DNA of 10,641 nt, taken from positions 1-10,641 of the forward strand of contig JALTLO010000124.1 of NCBI GenBank assembly GCA_027001995.1, in the 5' to 3' direction. Position 1 is the stretch's first letter. Each line of letters begins with the position of its first letter. This document shows, piece by piece, positions 6,477 to 10,641 of this stretch. The translations under genes were made by a program, and so were the position numbers. This DNA comes from Planctomycetota bacterium (GTDB lineage Bacteria; Planctomycetota; GCA-002687715; DRQF01). The notes below the pieces were generated by a model, which saw nothing but the letters and a program-made list of their open reading frames with translations, was not told the DNA's origin and did not search any database.

Positions 6477-8258
6477 TTAGCTCCCTGCCGCAGTTCTGAC
6501 CATGAGGACAACCGTCGACAATGTTCCATTCATGAAGTCAAGAATCAACGATGGCCAAACGCCAAAGACGATGCAGAGAAGGCCCAAAGGAGCCAAGGCG
6601 AAGACCTCACGGAAGTTCAAGTCTGGAAACTTCTTGTAAGACTCACTCTTCATTTCACCCATGAAGACCCGTTGAATGGTCCAAAGGATATAGGCCGCAG
6701 TTAAGACAATGCCCGGTGCTGCCAAGTAGACGAACGTGCGTGACATGCCAGCAACTGAACTGGCTTCGGCGTCATAGGCTCCCATGAAAACTAAAGCCTC
6801 TGAGATAAAGCCGTTCAAACCAGGTAGCCCCAATGAGGCGAAGAAACCAAGAGTGGCGATTCCGGTGTAGTAAGGCATTTGAGCGCCAATGCCACCAAAC
6901 TTGTCCAAATTGCGGTGATGGGCGCGATCATAGATGACACCCACGATGAGGAACATCATAGCCGAGCTCAAACCATGGTTGAACATCTGCAAGGCCGCTC
7001 CCTGCACGCCCGCATCCGTCATGGCAGCCAAACCGAGGAGCACGAAACCCATGTGACTGACGGAAGAGTAGGCAACAAGACTCTTGAAGTCTTTTTGCGC
7101 CAAAGCACAGAAAGCACCGTAGACGATGTTGATCACACCCAAGACGGCGATGAAGTTAATGAAGTTGCCAAAGATCGGCATAGCGATCTCACCGGTACCT
7201 GCGTTGGGGCACAGGGTAAAACTAAAGCGGAAGAAGCCATAGCCGCCCATCTTCAAAAGCACGCCAGCCAGGACCACCGAAGCAGCGGTAGGCGCTTGAA
7301 CGTGGGCATCTGGAAGCCAGGTATGAAATGGGAAGATCGGTACTTTAATGGCAAAGGCAACAAACATGCCCAAGAACAACCAGAACTGGAAATCCCAACT
7401 GAAGGTATTGGCCGCTTCCATGAGGGTCAAAACGTTGAAGCTGTCATAACCGGCATGGAAATACATGGCCAACATGGCGATCAGCATCAACACGCTACCA
7501 GCGAGTGTATAAATGAAGAACTTGATAGCGGCGTAAATACGGCGTGGCCCACCCCAGAACCCAATGAGGAAATACATCGGCAGGAGGACCACTTCCCAAA
7601 AGACGTAGAACAGGAAGAAGTCCAGAGCCAAGAAGACCCCCGTGATTCCTGATTGCAACATCAAGAACAAGGCGAAGTAAGCTTTCGTGGCTTTCTCGAT
7701 GTTCCATGAGTAGGCCAAGCAAATGACTCCCAGCAAGGCTGTCAGCCAAACGAGTGGCAAAGACAGGCCATCAGCACCCATGAAGTAATGGATATTGAAG
7801 CTGGAGATCCAGGTGCCGTACTCAACGTACTTGATGTGCTCAGTGGCCATGGCCCCCTGAGCCATGGTCAGCTCCCAGACATCATGCCAAGCAGCGGCAA
7901 TCTCTTCGTTATCGAGAGACAAATCGACCTTGGCAGCATAGCTTGCCGGGCCACGGCCATCTCCCCCATCTTTGCCGTAGTCGGCTTTGATGAGCTGAAC
8001 TGCAGCTCGCATCTTTCCTTGAAGCGCGCTATCGGTGACTTGTGTGTCAACAATGGCGGCAATTTCTTGGTCAAATACGGCCTCGGCTTTGGATTCACCT
8101 TGGTCGTGATAGCCCGTAAGCAACATGCACGAAATAATAAACGTCACCACAGCAGCAGCCATGGCAGTCCACTTGATGAGACTCTTATTCTGACTCGGAA
8201 GAGCGAGAATAATGAGGCCTACAATTCCGGGTATGAAAGTGACGAGTGTAAGTAACAT
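6477..8258 (-). CDS. nuoM: NADH-quinone oxidoreductase subunit M, 593 aa, with a large loop insertion
   Basis: Start refined to ATG 8258 (GGGAAG RBS). Motifs GADGLSLPLVWLT, FYVFWE, AIKFFIYT, IKVPIFPFHTWLPDAHVQAPT, LLKMGGYG, AYSSVSHMG and SLGLPGLNGFISE. Confidence 0.97.
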   Translation of the reverse strand: MLLTLVTFIPGIVGLIILALPSQNKSLIKWTAMAAAVVTFIISCMLLTGYHDQGESKAEAVFDQEIAAIVDTQVTDSALQGKMRAAVQLIKADYGKDGGDGRGPASYAAKVDLSLDNEEIAAAWHDVWELTMAQGAMATEHIKYVEYGTWISSFNIHYFMGADGLSLPLVWLTALLGVICLAYSWNIEKATKAYFALFLMLQSGITGVFLALDFFLFYVFWEVVLLPMYFLIGFWGGPRRIYAAIKFFIYTLAGSVLMLIAMLAMYFHAGYDSFNVLTLMEAANTFSWDFQFWLFLGMFVAFAIKVPIFPFHTWLPDAHVQAPTAASVVLAGVLLKMGGYGFFRFSFTLCPNAGTGEIAMPIFGNFINFIAVLGVINIVYGAFCALAQKDFKSLVAYSSVSHMGFVLLGLAAMTDAGVQGAALQMFNHGLSSAMMFLIVGVIYDRAHHRNLDKFGGIGAQMPYYTGIATLGFFASLGLPGLNGFISEALVFMGAYDAEASSVAGMSRTFVYLAAPGIVLTAAYILWTIQRVFMGEMKSESYKKFPDLNFREVFALAPLGLLCIVFGVWPSLILDFMNGTLSTVVLMVRTAAGS

Positions 8259-8278
8259 CAGCTTCCCTTTTTGGTCCT

Positions 8279-8373
8279 TGCCAGGCAACCGCGCCCAGCA
8301 CTTCCAATTCGCTTGTATCCGCTGCGGAATTCAACTCCGCAGTTTGCTGCCAAAACAGGCAGCGTCAAACTGC
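8279..8373 (-). other. Structured intercistronic element with three stem-loops between nuoL and nuoM
   Basis: Inverted repeats at 8339-8373 (GCAGUUU-GAC bulge-GCUGCC / GGCAGC-AAACUGC), 8322-8342 (CUGCGGAGU / AUUCCGCAG) and 8279-8300 (UGCUGGGCG-CGGU-UGCCUGGCA). None is followed by a U-tract. Confidence 0.6.
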
Positions 8374-10571
8374 TAACTCCAACTAGACCACGCCGCTAAG
8401 ATGAGGAAGACGACTGCGAGGCCGTAAACCGTCAAACCGACATAATCCTGAATGCGCCCGCTTTGCAAGCGTCGCACTTTTTGTCCGAACATGAATGCTG
8501 CTTCACCTGTGCCCCGCACGGTGCCATCCACCGCGTGGTAGTCAAATTTACCAATGCACCATGAGAAGATACGAACGACAACGGAGCTGGCATTTACCAA
8601 TCCATCTACGATCACACGATCTATGACCGCGCAAGCTTTTCCTAACCAGTGCATGAAGGCAATGGGGATGGCAGCAAAGAAATTGTCAACGTAGTACATG
8701 TTGAGGAGCACCCCTTGGTACCACTCCAACACGCCCCCCTTCTTGACCCAGGTCTTCTCTCTTCTGAAGTAAAAGACATAAAAGGCAAAAGCGATTCCGA
8801 ACAAACCGATGCCCGTGGCTAAGAAGAAAGTCGGCCAATGTGCATGATGATAGAGTTCAAAGAACTCAGAGACCGCGGGCTTTGCCGTTTCTGCGGGCTC
8901 ATGATGCAGCTGGTGCCATTGATCCGTACCACTCCAAGCTTCTCTAGTCTTGGCGTCAGGGACGATGGATTCACTGGTCATCATCTTGCCAACCAGCACT
9001 TCTGGTTTGGCTCGGTTTTCGAACCAATGCGTGCCCGGTCCGCCGGGATAAGCAATACCTGCACCCAAGACACCGATTGTTGCCAACACCATCAATGGGA
9101 TTGTCATGGTCTTAGGCGATTCATGGGCATGGTCATAAGCATGTTGATCCTTGGGTTTGCCGTAGAACACGCCAATCACCAAACGGAACATATAGAATGC
9201 TGTCAGACCAGCGGCCAAGAGGCAGAACAAGAATGGCAACATGCGAACAAAACTACCGTCGTGCCATTGCCAATAAGCATAAGCTTGGGTCAGGATCGAC
9301 TCTTTGGAAATCATACCACTGGTCAGGGGGAACCCGGCCAAGGCTAAAGTCGAAGCCAAGAATGTCAGATAGGTAACGGGGAGTTTCTTCCGCAGGCCGC
9401 CCATCTTCCGCATATCTTGTTCATGGTGCATGGCGTGGATCACCGAACCAGATCCCAAGAACAAGCAGGCCTTAAACATGGCATGGGTAAAGAGGTGGAA
9501 CATGGCGGCATACATGGAGCCAACGCCCACGGCCATAACCATGTAACCCAGCTGCGACACTGTTGAGTAGGCCAGTACCTTCTTGATGTCGTTTTGAGGG
9601 ATGGCAATAGTTGCGGCGAACAGGGCAGTGAATCCCCCCACCAAGGCAATGATGAACAAAGCATCACTGTCAAAGTAGTTTCCGGTCAGCATGGCGGCTT
9701 CCCCTGTGGCCGGATCAACACCAGCCAGCAAAGGGAACATACGACAGATCATATAGACACCGGCGGCAACCATGGTGGCCGCATGGATGAGAGCAGAAAC
9801 AGGCGTCGGCCCTTCCATAGCATCAGGCAACCAAATGTGCAGGGGAAACTGTGCTGACTTGGAGACTGCACCAGAAAAAATGAGAAGCCCACAAACAGTC
9901 AAGAGTGTTTCTTTGCCCGTCCAAACACCATCGCCCAAGCTGGCAAAGATGTCGGAGAAGGAGAATGAGCCAACTGTGACCCAGAGGATCATCAGGCCGA
10001 TGAAGAAGCCTGTATCTCCAACACGGTTAGTAAGAAATGCCTTCTTGCACGCCGCAGCGGCGGAGTCCTTCTGGAAGTAGAAACCAATGAGAAGATAAGA
10101 ACAGAGTCCCACCAACTCCCAGAAAATGAAGAGAAACAAGATGCTTGATGTGATGATCAAGCCGAGCATCGAGAACGTGAACAGGGCCAAATAAGCGAAG
10201 AATCGGTTGTAGCGTTCTTCTCCATGCATGTAGCCCGTCGAGAACAGATGCACGAGGAAACTGACTAAGGTCACCACGCACAACATGATCACTGTCATGT
10301 TGTCGACGAATACTTCAAAATCGACCGTAAACGGGCTGTCTTGCCCGAGTGAGATCCAGCGCATCGTCCATTGAACCGGTTCCATGCCATCGCTTGCGCC
10401 GAAAACACCGGTCATCAATAGGTACAATGACATAGCCAAACTGCCTGCAACTGCAGACGTTGGCAACCAGTCCCCCTGCCGAGGCAGGAATCGGCCGAAG
10501 AAGACCTGGACCAAAAATGCGCATAACGGCAGAACCGTAATCGCTAAGGCCAGAATAATCGGCGTTTCCAT
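8373..10571 (-). CDS. nuoL: NADH-quinone oxidoreductase subunit L, 732 aa
   Basis: Motifs HLFSTGYM, FWELVGLCSYLLIGF, KAFLTNRVGD, KSAQFPLHIWLPDAMEGPTPVSALIHAATMV, DIKKVLAYSTVSQLGYM, HLFTHAMFKACLFL, EQDMRKMGGL, YYVD and LQSGRIQDY. GGAAGGA RBS upstream. Confidence 0.98.
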   Translation of the reverse strand: METPIILALAITVLPLCAFLVQVFFGRFLPRQGDWLPTSAVAGSLAMSLYLLMTGVFGASDGMEPVQWTMRWISLGQDSPFTVDFEVFVDNMTVIMLCVVTLVSFLVHLFSTGYMHGEERYNRFFAYLALFTFSMLGLIITSSILFLFIFWELVGLCSYLLIGFYFQKDSAAAACKKAFLTNRVGDTGFFIGLMILWVTVGSFSFSDIFASLGDGVWTGKETLLTVCGLLIFSGAVSKSAQFPLHIWLPDAMEGPTPVSALIHAATMVAAGVYMICRMFPLLAGVDPATGEAAMLTGNYFDSDALFIIALVGGFTALFAATIAIPQNDIKKVLAYSTVSQLGYMVMAVGVGSMYAAMFHLFTHAMFKACLFLGSGSVIHAMHHEQDMRKMGGLRKKLPVTYLTFLASTLALAGFPLTSGMISKESILTQAYAYWQWHDGSFVRMLPFLFCLLAAGLTAFYMFRLVIGVFYGKPKDQHAYDHAHESPKTMTIPLMVLATIGVLGAGIAYPGGPGTHWFENRAKPEVLVGKMMTSESIVPDAKTREAWSGTDQWHQLHHEPAETAKPAVSEFFELYHHAHWPTFFLATGIGLFGIAFAFYVFYFRREKTWVKKGGVLEWYQGVLLNMYYVDNFFAAIPIAFMHWLGKACAVIDRVIVDGLVNASSVVVRIFSWCIGKFDYHAVDGTVRGTGEAAFMFGQKVRRLQSGRIQDYVGLTVYGLAVVFLILAAWSSWS

Positions 10572-10574
10572 CGT

Positions 10575-10640
10575 TTAGTCTTTCCTTCCGAACCGTGTCA
10601 GATTTGAGTCGCCGTAAATAAGGTTCATCTCACTCACGAT
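10575..10640 (-). CDS. Possible 3' end of the upstream operon gene; identity not determinable
   Basis: An open frame from the right edge reads IVSEMNLIYGDSNLTRFGRKD* and stops 3 nt before the nuoL ATG, which would be typical tight operon spacing. An alternative frame ends NRE* at 10630. Confidence 0.4.
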   Translation of the reverse strand: MVSEMNLIYGDSNLTRFGRKD

Positions 10641-10641
10641 T

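Noticed and set aside
6879..7652. 257-aa plus ORF and other short ORFs overlapping the nuo, GT2 and Fe-S genes
   Set aside because: Antisense or alternate-frame shadows of strongly conserved genes, with no independent motifs.
8259..8288. TTG start for nuoM at 8288
   Set aside because: It lies inside hairpin C. ATG 8258 has an RBS and gives a typical NuoM N-terminus.
4900..10571. Mrp Na+/H+ antiporter, hydrogenase membrane arm or 2M-type complex I interpretation
   Set aside because: The L-M-N order and subunit-specific motifs fit Nuo. There is a single nuoM between nuoL and nuoN and no MrpB-like fusion or mrpEFG genes here.
1..10641. CRISPR arrays, IS elements, tRNA/rRNA, long tandem DNA repeats
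   Set aside because: None seen by eye. The window is almost fully coding, and the only repeats are diverged protein-level domain repeats and short hairpins.

Overview
Gene-dense chromosomal window of roughly 50-55% GC (estimated by eye), most consistent with a PVC-superphylum bacterium, probably a planctomycete (inference from the OmcB-like gene and protein style). The right two-thirds is the 3' end of a minus-strand respiratory complex I operon (nuoL, nuoM, nuoN). All three subunits carry extra hydrophilic segments, the largest about 80 aa in NuoM. The same apparent transcript continues, with no obvious terminator, into a 240-aa helical (ferritin-like?) plus 4Fe-4S-domain protein and a family-2 glycosyltransferase. 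The left third is an envelope-lipoprotein cluster with three genes: a two-domain LEA_2/WHy lipoprotein preceded by an ECF-type GGAAC-N17-CGTT motif, a divergent Cys-poor lipidated homolog of chlamydial OmcB (four DUF11-like repeats) with a clear intrinsic terminator, and the 5' end of another lipoprotein missing from the ORF track. No mobile element, CRISPR array, tRNA or rRNA was seen. The best candidates for novelty are the Fe-S protein attached to nuoN, the insertions in NuoL/M/N, and a triple-hairpin nuoL-nuoM spacer.
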